Shown: positions 22,880-36,050, counted from the first letter of the whole stretch. The stretch: DNA of 56,881 nucleotides, filler included, from Sphacelaria rigidula (GCA_964200075.2; 5 parts of 5 records of this genome joined end to end with filler, not necessarily neighbours in it), one strand, 5' to 3'. Program-made: numbers and translations. The notes: generated by a model not told the origin, from the letters alone.

Positions 22880-23760
22880 CGAATACCACCCCAAAGCAAG
22901 TACTCTAGCCTTCGAAATGTTTTGACTATCGCGAAACCTTCTTTGTCCACTGTCGCCCACCGCAGCTGTGAACCCAGAAAAGCCAACGGTTCGTGTCACA
23001 TGTTTTCGAGCGCAATGCCCCTGTTGAACTCTGCGACAGGCACTTGCGTAAAAAAACTCTCCCAGTGAAGACCCGAAGCGTCTGGAAGCATCAGAACAAT
23101 GCACCCTGGACGAGGATGATGCAGCGGCACCGCTTGCACCACCAAATCTTGCGCAGCACGCCATGCCTGCACAAAATCCTCCATCCAAACGTCCTCCTGG
23201 ATGAAACGATTACGCGCCACGCGCTTGGTCCGACGCGAAGCCCCGACCACAAGTTGTTCCAGAAACACTCGAAGCGGCGCAACTACTTCCGCCATGCGCG
23301 GGAGCGAAGTCCGCAACCAATTCACCGCCTGCAGAGACTGCATCAGTTCACTAGCGGTCGATGACGTCGCATATTGTTCAAACCTTGGATGCGGACGAGA
23401 TCATGCGAACAGTACCCTTGGAGTACACCTTACCACACCAAACCACTTCGCGGGCAAACAAAGTACATTTATGCACAGCGACGAACATACCAACACACTT
23501 CAAGCGGCCAAGAATTTCGTCAAGCAAAGCTAACAATACTTCTTCGGTTTCAGCAGAATAGAAAACGTCATCCACCCACACTTTATAGTTTAGACCTCGC
23601 AAACGTTCAGTCAGCACACCTTGGAAATACGCCGTGGCGTTCAACACGCCCTACGGGACACGAGTAGGCGTAAACATACCGTCAGGCGAGACGATCGTGA
23701 AGATCTCCTGAGCCTCCGGCACCAGAGGCATCTGCTAATACCCCTGTAGCAGGTCCAACT
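22880..23760 (-). mobile_element. Degenerate Ty3/Gypsy pol fragment (RT and RNase H)
   Basis: KLDLLQGY*QMPL...FTPTRVP*GVLNATAYFQ...KVWVDDV...HKCTLF...WCGK; RNase H start VLMLPDASGLHW; stops and frameshifts. Confidence 0.9.
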
Positions 23761-25434
23761 TAATCGAATATACTCACGCTCAAGGATAGATACATATACA
23801 CATGCCTGGATGTTAGGGAAACGGATATTTAGGTTGGATCATGACATATGGGGGAAATGCGAATAAAGATACAGTTCTGCTATTTAAGGTATAAGCGATA
23901 TGATGGTTGCAGTAGATATCTGCTGGGGGGTACACGCTTCGTTGCGTGGCGAAGAAATAGGGTCATGTCGCGATATTTTATATGAGCGACTTCCCCGAGG
24001 TTGACGCCCCCCCCTTTGGCAGTGCACAAGTGGGTATTCACATTTGGTATGGAGAGCATAATGCACATTGTTGTACTGGGGAATTACTACAACAACGGAG
24101 TGCTCTCGTTCCCAGGACCCTTTCTCAACTATCGACCCTTGCGCCGAGCAAGAAATTAAGCCCTTACGCAAGCGACCGGGCTACGTATTGCTACAGGGTA
24201 ACCACAGGGTTTCTTAAAAACATCGAAAAATGGACTGGGAAAATAAAGTAGACGGCATCATCGCAAGAATACCAGAAGCCGACCGAGACGGGCTCGGGAG
24301 ATCCCACCAGAGATTATGCAGGAGATATCAAGACAGCAACAAGGTCTTCGACCGCAAGCTCAAGCACGGGATAAGGAGCCGAGCCTGGAAGCGCGCACGT
24401 CAGCAACAAGAGCGACGCTCCCCCAGCAGCGCAACCCTCCTACGACTACGACAACATTTGAAGACGTATGTCTACACGCACAGCATCAAGCCCAGATGGG
24501 ACATTCTGGCATATTAAGGGTACGGTCACACAATAGTATAGCCGCATGGGATGGTGCATCGTAGACCACTACACGCTATCCTCAACGACTGAGAAAGCGC
24601 AGTTGGAACATGAGTGGCAGAGTCTAGATATGAACATTGCAGAGGATCCACTCATGTCTCTTGATAGAGCAAAATTGATCAGATGCAACCGTGCAAGACT
24701 AGGAGTGATCATTCCAGACTCAGATGCCAACATGCACTATATACGCCGCCTGTCCTCCGATTTTGACACACAGCGTGGTGTGCTGCTCGCGCAAGATTAA
24801 GTAGCGACGGAGACCCTTGAGTGCATGGTGATGACGGCGCATGGAGAGATGGAACTGGCCAGGAGCAGGGCAGGGAGGCACCAGGACGGGAATCAGGGTC
24901 ACGCGCTCGTCGCAGCCACTGGGGGTGGTAGAGGCGGGAGCGTACAGCAAAACGGACGACAGCGAGGGGACGAGAGACGTCGACAACAGCATGATGTTTC
25001 TTGTCATTTCCACAGTACTACCCAGCCTGACGACTCCGAATGCAACGTACAACGAAACATGCATGCACAAGATGGTCGTGGTGATCGTGGTGCGTGGAAT
25101 GGTGTTCGCCAGTAGCAGTACCATAGTACAGACAGTTTTGGAGGTCGTGGGGGTGGCGGAGGCGGTAGAATGCGAAGTCGACCCTCGCAGAAGCATACAC
25201 AGCAACCCCAACAGCAGCAACAACGTCAGCACCCCCAACAGCAGCAGAAACTCCAGCAACAGCAGCAAGCGAGACGTGGAGGATGGGGTGCAGGGCGAGG
25301 ATCTAGTCCCAGGTACGGCGGTTCGGGGCGCGGGGGAGGGGGTGCCCACTCAGGCAGCCAGCTGCCGTGTTATGATCCGCCGCAAGGTGGGTATGACTAC
25401 TCAGGTTATCCTGATGGCTTATACCGCCCTGTAG

Positions 25435-25714
25435 TGTAGAGTAGTCCACCTGCAGTACACGTACGTGCAGGTTCATGATGATATACAAGTGGAACAATGT
25501 GCTGTAGGCGTTTTCTGTTGGTTGACGGACTTGCGGGTCTGATCGGCAGACTATGTGGATTTGAACATCACATGCTTCACGCATCTGGTTACTTCCGATA
25601 ACCAAGATCGTGTGTTTATGAATAACAACTGTCTTGGCGTCTCCAGGCCGTAGTGAGGGAGGAAGCCCTTGGAACAATCTTGTGACCTTGTTCTGAGTCC
25701 AGGAGGGCTTTATA
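25435..25714 (+). repeat. Gypsy 5' LTR (280 bp)
   Basis: First ~140 bp near-identical to 29914-30055; ends CCAGGAGGGCTTTATA. Confidence 0.85.
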
Positions 25715-25825
25715 ATAAACGTTTATTAAGAGGAACCCGCTGGTTTCTGGAAGAAGTTTTTCAGCTGTGGGCAGCTGCGGAAAAATTATATCAGACTTTG
25801 TTCACAGGAGTGTGCACTCTGTAAA

Positions 25826-28560
25826 GTGAGGGAGCTGACAACAGAGAGACGGCTAGGTTGGCTGGAACTGTTCCGTGCAGCTTTGGCAACGCGCAACAAA
25901 GTGGGTGATGGCGATGCAGGCGAAGAGGTGAAGCTTAAGTTTACTGAGCTTATGCCTGCAGGATCGCTGAAAGCCCCAGAGTACGGACGGCATTTAAGCG
26001 AAAATGCGTCCCGACCTTTTTATCAGAAATACGTCGAGTATGAAGAGGCGGTCAAAATGAACAACAAAGGACGTAGTATGCAGGCCGTCTTATTGACTGT
26101 TACTAAACTGGTGCCGGAGCACATTCGTGCGAGTTTGTCACGCACGATGTTTGACGGATCCGTGCTTGCCGAAGATGATCTCAAGGAGGCACTAGGCCGG
26201 CATGCGAAATGTTGGCAGGATGAAGACATTGATCCTTCAGTTGCTGCCGCTGGTGTGCGGAAAGCGTTGGCGGCCCGCAACGAGCAGACTGCAATGGGAA
26301 GAGTAGAGGGACAATGGGGTGCCCTGGAGGATTTTTTTGCGGAGAATGCTAGCGCTGAGCGTGCGTTCCGCGATGATGCAGATTTCAAACCAGGACCCGC
26401 TCAAATTATAACGCGGGAAATGTTGAATGGACTGATCCCCCCCGAATTTAAAACCAATGTCCTTAACATGTTGAACATAAAGGGGGCGTGGAAGGAGGAC
26501 CTTGGGCTTGTGTATAACACGGCTCGGGAAGCAGCGGAGGCATGTAAGATGGTGGAAGCGGCGGATACGCAGCGCCTTCAGTAGCCGCAGCTGAAACAAA
26601 GGGCGGCAGCGGGACCTCCGGATCCAAGAGCGAACCGAATGGTGGAAAAACGGCGACCGCTGGCAGTGAGGCTGCCAGTTCCAGGAAATCTCGGAAACTG
26701 GGCCCAAGCTATGCAGGTTATTCATCATTGGGAGACAAGGGCCACTTCGTGAAGGATTGTAAGCAGCAAAGCCAAGCTGCTGCTCCACAACATACTACAG
26801 GTGGGCAGTCCAAGGCCGGCGACACGCAGCAGCAACAACAGCAGCTGTCGCAGGGCCCTAGACAGGTGCCTCGCGGAGTGGGCACGAGTACCGCCCCTAC
26901 AAGGGCTGTCTTTTCAGCCGATGGACAAAGTGCTCCCAGCGGGGGGGCGACGTTGCCACCAGAACCGGTCGCTTCTACTGGTGGCGTGCAGCAGACCATG
27001 TCATCGCACTCGTTCCCGGGTTCGAAATCTGAGGCGGTGCCAGCATGGAGATCGCTCAAAGCGGATAAGGTGTCAGGTTTTCAATCTGAGGGTCTGCAAG
27101 TAGATAACAAGGAAAGGTGGTGTCTTGCCGACTTGTCTGTCCCGAGAGCAGGAGAAAAGGATGTTTGTCCGGTCAAGGCCATTTTAGACTCGGGATCTGG
27201 AATCACGACCATGTCAGTGGGTGTAGCGGCGAAATTACAAGCTATGGTTCCAGATGTTCGAGTGGTCACACCGATGGCTGATGAACAGCTGGTGACACTG
27301 GCTAACGGCAATGTTGAGCGCGTGAAGCAGAAAACTTGCCCTGTCCGAACCGCTTTACACACCAGCTGGGAACCGGTTGTGCTGGACCCATGTTCATATG
27401 CGGTCATGCCGGGTACAGATGATGTGATCATCATGGGGAACCCTACGCTGGAGGCGCTGGGCATTGACGTGTACAGTAGCTTAGGAGCCTGTGCACGTGA
27501 AAGAAACACTTCGGTGCAAGGTGTAAACACGCCTGATGTTACGCACTGTCGGCGTGTCAGTACCGCGGTTGACGCTTTACAGCAACCAGGAGGTCGGATG
27601 GAGCCCGCTTATTCCTCAGTCGAGCGGTTGTTGTCGAGAAGTCCGGCGATGAGCATATTCCCGGAACGAGAGCTTGCTGAGCTTGATGTTGCGCCGGAGG
27701 AGGCAATACAAGCAACCACGGGTTACGGCATATCGGATAGCGACGCGAGCCAGATTCGTGAGCCTGTACGGAACAGAGGGAGCATTTCCAGGCGAGTGCT
27801 GCATGGTTATCCGCCTGATCGCGTCGAGCCCTTGAAGATGAAATACAAACCTGCTGCTGTGGAGGCAAAGGCTCGGCCGAGGGCGTACTTTTCGGTCAGG
27901 ATGGCGTGGTTGGCACGCTGCATCGCAACATTGGTGGCGCTCGGGCTCGTGTACTGCAGTTTGCAGGTAGAGTGGGCGAGAACGGCGATTGCAACGCCCG
28001 AAAAGTCCTGTTTTCGCTGGATGAGTGCATACAAGGCGGGGGAGGAAGTTTCCCGTCCCCACAAGTAGGTGGTGCATCGTGCTCGCCCAGGGAAGGTTTT
28101 GCACATCAATTTTCTCAGTGTTGGCGAGGGTGGTCCGCTGGGAGATAATGGCTTGGACAAAGGAGATCGGTTCAAGTACATAGTGGTAAGGATGGATGAC
28201 CCGGGCGACTTCGTGCGGTTGGAGCCCGCGTAGTCTTGTACGGCGGCAACGACGGTGAAGCATCTGTTGACATGGTGCAAAGCGCTGGGGCCGCAGGAGG
28301 GGTGGGTCAGCGATACGGTATCGCAATATGAGAATCATGTGGTGAGAGTGCTCAGGAAGGTGCTGATGGATCGCAGATTCGTGGTGGCCAACTCGCGGTT
28401 GTCACATCGTGAATGTGAGCGAATGGTGCGTGACATTGTTTGTACCTTGAAGGTCATAATGCAGAGAGGAAGACGCGATGCCAACGGCTGGGTGGGTTTG
28501 GTACCTGCCGTGCAGTGGGCATTGCACACTGGTTTTCGGGACAGCTGTGAGAGCTGTAGC
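25826..28560 (+). pseudogene. Gypsy gag-protease-partial RT-integrase remnant
   Basis: Gag ORF 25826-26584; knuckle GDKGHFVKDC; protease AILDSGSG; RT N-terminus only (to ~28040); then integrase VLHINFL...KYIVV...WVSDT. RT core and RNase H are absent. Confidence 0.85.
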
Positions 28561-29197
28561 TGCATCTATGATGCGAGGAGCGACTGTTGGAGTGGAAATG
28601 CTACTCTCCGGTGTGGACGAGATTGTAGCCGGAGAGCTGCTGTTTCTCAGGAGGAGCGCAGGAGGACTACAAGGCAGGCATTACCTGAGGTGCTCGATGT
28701 TGCGGTGAGCGCCGGGTTGGGTGATGTTGAGGAGCAAGTACTAGTGGAATTGCTTGTTGAGAATGAGGAAGCACACTGTGACTTGTATACCTGAATCGTT
28801 TTGTGGACGATTGTAGGTGGTGGTGGTGTGGTTCCTGGACCTGTCTGTTGTGTTGCGCTGGTTGGCACGCATGATACATGGTGGTTTCTGCAAAGAAGGT
28901 GCTGAGTGAAATATGAGCATACAGGTGTGACTGATGTGCATGGTGTCTGATGAAGAGTCAGAGTGAGGCAGTTTTCAATACACTGCTGTGTGCTGAATGA
29001 AATAAAGGTCGTATATTATTGTCCGCGCAAAAAGTAGAATCATCTTTGTGCGGTTTGCAGAAGGTGACTGTAGGAGATGGTGATTGATGCTGCTGGCGTG
29101 AAAATGAGCGGAAACTACGAAATGCGTAGGCTTGTATGTGAACAAGTATAACGTGAGTATTTCCAGAGGTTGACGATAAAAGAAATCGGGCGCGAAT

Positions 29198-29403
29198 GAC
29201 ACTTTCTACGATACCCTCCCCCAAAACCAGCCCAAAAGTGTCACGAAAAAAATGGCCATACAGCACCTGATGCTTGGGTTCAGGCTGTATGAAGCGCCTC
29301 ATATTGGCGACATTGNNNNNNNNNNCCCATTTCGATTTACGTGAAGATTTTGCCTTTCAAAACCATGCACTTTGGGGGGGGGGGGGCTATCGTAGAAAGT
29401 GTC
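29198..29403. mobile_element. MITE with perfect 16-bp TIRs and apparent GAAT TSD, inside the Gypsy
   Basis: gaat|GACACTTTCTACGATA ... TATCGTAGAAAGTGTC|gaat; small internal N gap. Confidence 0.75.
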
Positions 29404-29913
29404 GAATACAGTGATCTTTTACTGTGGTACACCTTTAATGGCTTGTCATGTGTTTGGATAAGCGAATAGATGGTGTTTCTCATATGAAAAACGGAGAATG
29501 TGGATGCTGTGCCCATTTTTCTGGAAGGAGCACCGCATATTTGTTCTGAGCTGCGTCAGTTGGAACTGAGTCAAAAGGTGCGGGCACGGTTGTAGGCAAA
29601 GTACGGCATCAAGCTTCCAGTGCATGGTATGATCGAATACTTGGTATTATCCCCGGCGCGTTTGCTTTGTGCGAGCATGCCACGACTGGAAATTGCCGTT
29701 GAATGAATTATTGACTTCACTAAATTCGATTGAGACGCTGTGTACAAGTGTCGTTGTTCAGCGTTTTGCGAATTATCATTTTCTTTGTGAACATGACATA
29801 GCATGGTCATGTGTCACCAACAGGCGGACAAAGGTAGCATGAACGTGTTTGTCGGCGTCTACTGCTTGTCAAACTCGCTTTCTACTTCGAGTAGTGCGGA
29901 GTTTTGGGGGTGC

Positions 29914-30071
29914 TGTAGAGTAGTCCACCTCCAGTACACGTACGTGCAGGTTCATGATGATATACAAGTGGAACAATCTGCTGTAGGCGTTTCTTGTTGG
30001 TTGACGGACTTGCGGGTCTGATCGGCAGACTATGTGGATTTGAACATCACATGCTCCAGGAGGGTTCTATA
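29914..30071 (+). repeat. Gypsy 3' LTR (158 bp, ~120-bp internal deletion)
   Basis: TGTAGAGTAGTCCACC...CATGCT|CCAGGAGGGTTCTATA. Confidence 0.85.
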
Positions 30072-30934
30072 GTAGGCAACGAACCCCCAATCCACCACGC
30101 AGACCCCGTAAACGATGCATCACACGCAATGAGTTGGGCCACATGCATAGGTTTTGCCCATGGCGTAGGATGGTGCACCCGCTAATCAATTCGGGGATGC
30201 GTCATGTGAATCCTGCCCACAGTCAATCCCATCACAGAGGACACAAGCCCCCCCCCCCCCCCCCCCCCCCCCTCCCTTTGTTTGTGTCCCACCCCCCCTT
30301 CTTATGTGGCGTGGTGGGGGGGCGAAAAAACAATATTATTCAAAAAAAAACANNNNNNNNNNCCCCGTAAATCAATCGGGGGAGGGGTCATGTGAACCCT
30401 CCCCACAGTCAATCCCACCACAGAGGACACAACCCCCCCCCCCCCCCCTTCGACCCATTCTTATGGATCGTTCAACACCGTGAATTGTACGGTGACCAGG
30501 GGAGGTACGAAAAAAGCAGTCATATCAAAGAAGAACACTTGAACGGAACGAAAGAAGACGGGTGGGTGTTGAAAGGTAAGAGCAACTTCAGCGGTGCAGA
30601 TTACGCGCACTGTATCCAGTTTCCCCGCAATTCCCCGCAATCCCCCGCAATCCCCCGGAATTACAGCCAATAATCAGTTCCAGTCACCTCCGCAGCAAGG
30701 GGAACTTCAACTGCAACACCTCCGTCAACTACACCAGCAGCGACCACGTCATCATGCCCCGCCCGATTCCGACCTGCCTTCCTACCGTTCAGCTACATCC
30801 TTTGCGCCGCCTCACCTGTGCATAGCACATAGTGCGTCACAAGGCGAGTCACGTTTCGAGTTGGGTGATTTTGATTCGGGTGTTGCTTCGCTTAACCAGA
30901 GTGGATCGGGGTATGATGTAGATGATGGTACAGA

Positions 30935-33900
30935 GGAGTAGGTTGCAGACAACGGTGCTTCACACCATACTACTGGTTCAATGAATGGTATGTTTGATCT
31001 ACGCCCCCCCCCTGAAAGGAAATGAACGCGTGATCGTGGGATATGGAGCAATCCTTCCTCTCCGCGCAGTAGGAAGTTTGAAGCTCAAATTTGACATGCC
31101 AAATTCCACCGCCCCGAAATCCGTCGGTCCGCCCTCAGAGTTTGCGTACAACTAACTGAGGTCTACGTTTTCGAAGGCATTCATTTCAACCGATTCTCTG
31201 CATCAAGTGCAGAAAAAGCAGGATCTACGTTTGGCTGAAACAGGGGTATATATTTTTGATGGTCAGCTTCGTTTCGATCGCAATGAACGGTCCTCATCAC
31301 AAAGGGCCATTCGCTCACCGCCAACATATCAGAACCCGCCACTTACCGTGCCAGCCGTAGGAATCCCTTCCCCTCTCTCAAGCGTTGGTTTATTGTCCGC
31401 TCCATCGGCAAACGTTGTACCTGCTCCCCCCGTCGGCGTTCGATTCAAGTCCATTCCACCGGCGAACGTAGTACATTCCGGCGTTGGTTTCCAGTCCGCT
31501 TCATCGGCAAGCCTTGTACCTTCCCATCCCACCGGCGTTGGTTCCCTACTTGCAGTCCAAGGGCTCCACCGCCCCGATTTTTGCGTGTTCGAAGACGAAG
31601 CATTGATGGATAGAATTGACGTGACCCCCTACTAAGATTGTTTTCCGCGTGTTCTGAGTGAAGAAGTGGGAGATGTGGTTGAAAACGAGACGGCCCTTGC
31701 GGTTCTTGCCCTTAAATATCGCCCATTTTCAGTTGGAAAATCGACTCAAGAAGCCGATATTAATTTATTTCACGTTTCCCTTCCCCACATCTATGAAACA
31801 GTATTGAAAGAAACTGCAAAACAACAGGGCATTATTCTGACGGGGGTATTGGCGCCATGTACGGGATATTTAGAAGCGAAGGAGCATCGGGCAGGTATTC
31901 TGCGACGACTGGGCAGGAGGGCAACGACTGTACTCGGCACCGTGCACCTCGACCTAACAGGCCCACATCCTCGTACTTTGGGTGCATCAACTCATATGCT
32001 GGCCTGCGTCGACAGCAGGTCGTGCTTCATGAAATTTTATGGCCTCGCACGTAAGTCTGACACGCTGGCAAAGGTGAAGCGTTTCATCGCCGACGTCAGC
32101 GCCATCGGTACCTACGGTTGTTTTCGCATGGACAATGGGGGCGAGTTCATCTCCAATGCTTTCGGCGCCTTCTGCGACGATGCAACGACTCGTCGTGAGT
32201 ACACTGCTCCCGACACTTCGAAGCACAGCGCCGTGGTGGAAAATGCAACTTGGGGGGTCGTGAAGGGGGTCTCGAAGTGCAGGGTCTGTTCCCGGAGTGC
32301 CGCCTCGACGACATACCTCACCTTGGGGAGAACCTGGAGCGTTTATGGCTGGAGACCACGGTGTGGGCAGACGACGGATTCAATCGTTCCGCCACTACGG
32401 CGAACCCGGGAAGACTGTGGCCTTCTGAATCCGCCCCTGAACTGATGGACCATTCTTTCTCGCTGCTCCCAATGAAGGTGACGTAGGAGCTAGATCTGGC
32501 AACAGACCCCCGGCAGTCAGGGCGTACGCGGTCGGGGTCGACGCAATACGAGACTGACAAGGCCGCACTCTTGCACCACAGCTGGGGACTCATGCAGCAG
32601 TTGGATAATCAATCGGTGCTGTCTGCTCTCCTCACGCGCGGCGTAGTTGATGCCGGGCGACAGGGCAAGGATATTGAAAAGGGGGGGCGCGGGAGGATAC
32701 CGATGTGACTCGCGACGAGGCTGGCGACGCGTGAAGATATAGATGCCGCTTTGCGCGAGCAGCGCCCGCCGCACATCCCGCTGGAATTCCCACAATGTCC
32801 AGCAAAGGACCTCAAGGTCCCCAACGGATACACGCAGGCAGTGCGCTCGGAGTACGATGATCTATGGAGGGACTCGGTGGGGCGGGAATAGCGAGGAATT
32901 CTGGAGGCGGGGATGATTGACTCAGCGGAAAAGCAACTCGTGGACAACTATATCCATGCAAAGTGGGTACATAATTGGAAGGCGGACGAGTTTGGATGGC
33001 CCCCGAAGATGAAGTCGAGACTAGTAGCAAGAGGAAATATGCAGGGAGAGAACATAGATTTTGGAGAACTGTATGCCCCCACCGTAGCAGTTTCTAGTGT
33101 ACGTTTGTTGGCGACTCTAGCTTGTGAGCAGAATCTTGCGTTGCGTCATTTTGATATTGAATAGGCTTTTGTACAGTCTGAGTTGGACGAGGACGTTTTC
33201 ATGCGGTTGCCACTTGGTTGTGGAAGCTTATCTGGTAAAACAGTAAGACTCAACAAAAGTTTGTACGCATTGAAACAAGCAAGTTGGCAATGGCATAACC
33301 ACTTGGCGGAGTGTTTATTTGTCTTAGGATTTGATCAATGCTTGACGGATTCATGTGTGTTTCGGTTGATTGAGGATGGCAGGGCGATTATCACCATAGT
33401 AGTACATGTAGATGATATATTCGCAGTGGGAGAGAAGGACAGATGTGACGAGTTTGGTAGAGATTTCAACACAATGGTTCCAGTCAAGAACCTCAGGGAT
33501 TTGCGTTGGTATTCTGGACTGTACTATGGGAGAGATATTGCAAGGAGGACTCTGAAGATCTCACAACAAACATACGCAGAGGAGTTGGCAAAGAAACACG
33601 GAGTAGAGTGGAGAAAGAGTACCCCCATCGCTGTTGGTGCGAAGCTTGAAGAGTTCAGTGTAGAAGAGCAGGTAACGGAGTTTCCGTTTCGGGAGTTGAT
33701 AGGGTCACTGATGTGGCTGGCAACCCAAACGAGGCCAGACATATCTAACGCAGTACGTGCAGTAGCGAGGTACTGTGCCTCACCAAAACACCTTCATTGG
33801 TGTGCTGCGCTTGTTATTTTGGGGTATGTTAGGCGAACAAGTCCGCTGGGGATTTCTTTTCGCAGAGGAAGTATACAGGGGTTGAGCTTTCATGTGTTTG

Positions 33901-34091
33901 CAGATGCCGACTACGCAAGTAAAGCAGCTGATAGGCGGTCGGTATCAGGAGGGCTAGTGATGTGTGGAGGTGGATGTGTGTCTTGGTTTTCAAGGGCTCA
34001 TCAGAAGTGTGTGACGCTATTCACAACGGAAAACAGTGTTTTCGTGAGATTGAGAGTAGATGATACGATTGAGAGTGAAAAGCGGTCAATC
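30935..34091 (+). pseudogene. Copia pol remnant (PR-IN-RT-RH)
   Basis: *VADNGASHH protease; VHLDLTGP and RMDNGGEF integrase; KSRLVARG, LNKSLYALKQA and VHVDD RT; FADADYA...DRRSVSG RNase H; stops and frameshifts. Confidence 0.92.
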
Positions 34092-34191
34092 NNNNNNNNN
34101 NNNNNNNNNNNNNNNNNNNNNNNNNNNNNNNNNNNTTAATTAATTAANNNNNNNNNNNNNNNNNNNNNNNNNNNNNNNNNNNNNNNNNNNN
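34092..34191. other. Artificial contig spacer
   Basis: Same 100-bp linker. Confidence 0.97.
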
Positions 34192-34869
34192 AATAAGAAC
34201 TTGTGCTCGGGTTGGGGCAGCCAACAAGAACTGAGCCTCGCTCAAAATAAGGTATTCTTAAGTGGTGACCGCCTCTGTACCAGTGGTCGCCCCAGTGCCC
34301 TCAACCAAGAGTGAAGAGAGCGGGCAAGAAGAGTTACCCGCGAAGTTTTAGGTGTCTGGAGAGTATACTTCGTTGTGCGGCCGACAAGGAAAAAATTGTA
34401 CCTATCCTGCCGACTTATTCCTTGTTTGGTATGGAGAACAGAAGAAGCGAGCGCGCTTTTTTTTCATTCATTATCGCCCAGTTTCGACGTTTGGCGCGTT
34501 TGTTACTGAAAAATGAGTGCGTTCGCAGTGCGCAGTGCGCAAAGCCGAGGTAAATTATCAAATTCGATGGAAACGTGACGGAATAGTCGCCGCGAAATAT
34601 ATCACCGGCTTAAATAACACACTATCGATCATTCATCACACCTCGAGTTGTGCTCAACCACCTCTTTTGCGACTTCCTCCTTGCACGATGAACCATTTTT
34701 GTCAAACCGAAGCATCACGCCGCGTGTTGTGCCGCCACTTCTATGATGTCAGATAATAAATCACACACTGGTGCTGCTGTACCTTCATACAACCAGGCGT
34801 GCACTCACTCCAGGTTAGGTTGCTAGTTTCAGTGTAGTACCTTGAGGTCTTGCAAGCTGTCTCTCCACC

Positions 34870-36050
34870 AAAACGGCCGTATTGTATTGTATTGAGTATT
34901 AGTATCGAGTATCGACACGTATCGGGTCATTTTCCGCGTATCGAAAAAAATATCGATATCGACGTCTTGAGGTCGATACGTGAAAATATCGTATCGAACG
35001 TTTTTTTCCGTTCGATATTCAACAACACAAAACAGACAGGAGAGTCCGCAACAAAAATGCTGCACGTACAGCAGTAATAAACAGAGGTATGGTACGGTGC
35101 ACTGTTATAGGGTTTCTGCTGTCGTGTTCATCGGATCTGGTCCGTATAATACATGCGTGTGCATGGTGAATGCCGGGCAGCGGGTTGGACACTTCATGGA
35201 GCTGCAAGCACTCTTGAAGTCAACTGTAGTGTGCGCTCCCTACTGCGTGACTAATATGTTTTGTACACAGGATATCTTGAGTTGACTCCGAAGTATTCAT
35301 CTGACGCAAGTGTTGTGTTCCCGCTTGATGAAGAGGTCATCATATGTTGGACCACAGGACAGCAACATCAGACAGTTGATGGGTATTAGGTCGTCTGCAT
35401 TGTCTGTTCTCGTAGCAACAGTGCAAAACACTCAATTGCACTCTAAATAGTGCTCACGAAAAACAAACGATTTTTTGGGAACGCCATAGCTGTTCTCCGG
35501 GGCGATCACGTCGGTGTTGGGCGCTCAGCGTTCTTCTGCCAGGTGATGGACGTGAACTATCCAAAAACGTTCGTTTATGATGAAAACATGATGAAAGTGT
35601 CACCTTTCCCAGCCTTTCCCTCCGTTTTTCCGATCGGGAAAATAGGCGAACGTGTGTGTGTGTGTGTGTGTTGTCGTCCCATTTATTCTGGGCACCAGTC
35701 TCCACCTTTCGGTGTATATGGGTGCATCAGCCGGGGTCACACAGGAGGAAGGTCAACACAGGAGCTTTTTCTTTTAACGTAAAATTGCCAATACAGGTAT
35801 AGGTATATAAGAAAAGAATACCCCACCGGTTTAGAGCGGGTCCTCTTTTCCAGACTCGTACGAGTAGTCGGCAGGTGTAATGCCTGAAAAAATTGCCGTC
35901 GAAACTCGCTGCGTACTTTCAGTGATGAACAGACAACAACAGTACAACACTGTTGTGTAGACTTGTTGTTGGATATCGAACTATTCAGCACTTCGATACG
36001 ATCTCGACTTTTTCAGCGTTCGATAACGATAAATTTCGATAATTTTCGGC
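34870..36050. mobile_element. Possible non-autonomous DNA transposon with TCGATA/TATCGA subterminal repeats
   Basis: Motif clusters at 34900-35020 and 35970-36040; TTCGATATTCAACAACA vs TGTTGTTGGATATCGAA inverted. Confidence 0.4.
35652..35770 (-). mobile_element. SINE-like family A, 5'-truncated copy
   Basis: (TG)n tail plus TATTCTGGGC...GGGGTCACACAGGAGGAAGGTCAAC, shared with the 39374 and 52901 copies. Confidence 0.75.

Larger units (their letters stand above)
25435..30071 (+). mobile_element. Ty3/Gypsy LTR retrotransposon, internally deleted, with 4-bp TSD GTAG
   Basis: LTRs 25435-25714 and 29914-30071; GTAG at 25431-34 and 30072-75; G-rich tract before the 3' LTR. Confidence 0.88.
23761..34091 (+). 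mobile_element. Degenerate Ty1/Copia element interrupted by a Gypsy, truncated at contig end
   Basis: Gag-like ~24230-25430 resuming at 30076 with zinc-knuckle remnant CITRNELGHMHRFC; then protease, integrase, RT, RNase H in Copia order; 5' LTR boundary (~23761-24195) is tentative. Confidence 0.8.

Noticed and set aside
30180..30450. Tandem duplication in Copia gag
   Set aside because: Straddles an N gap with poly-C runs; likely unmerged read ends
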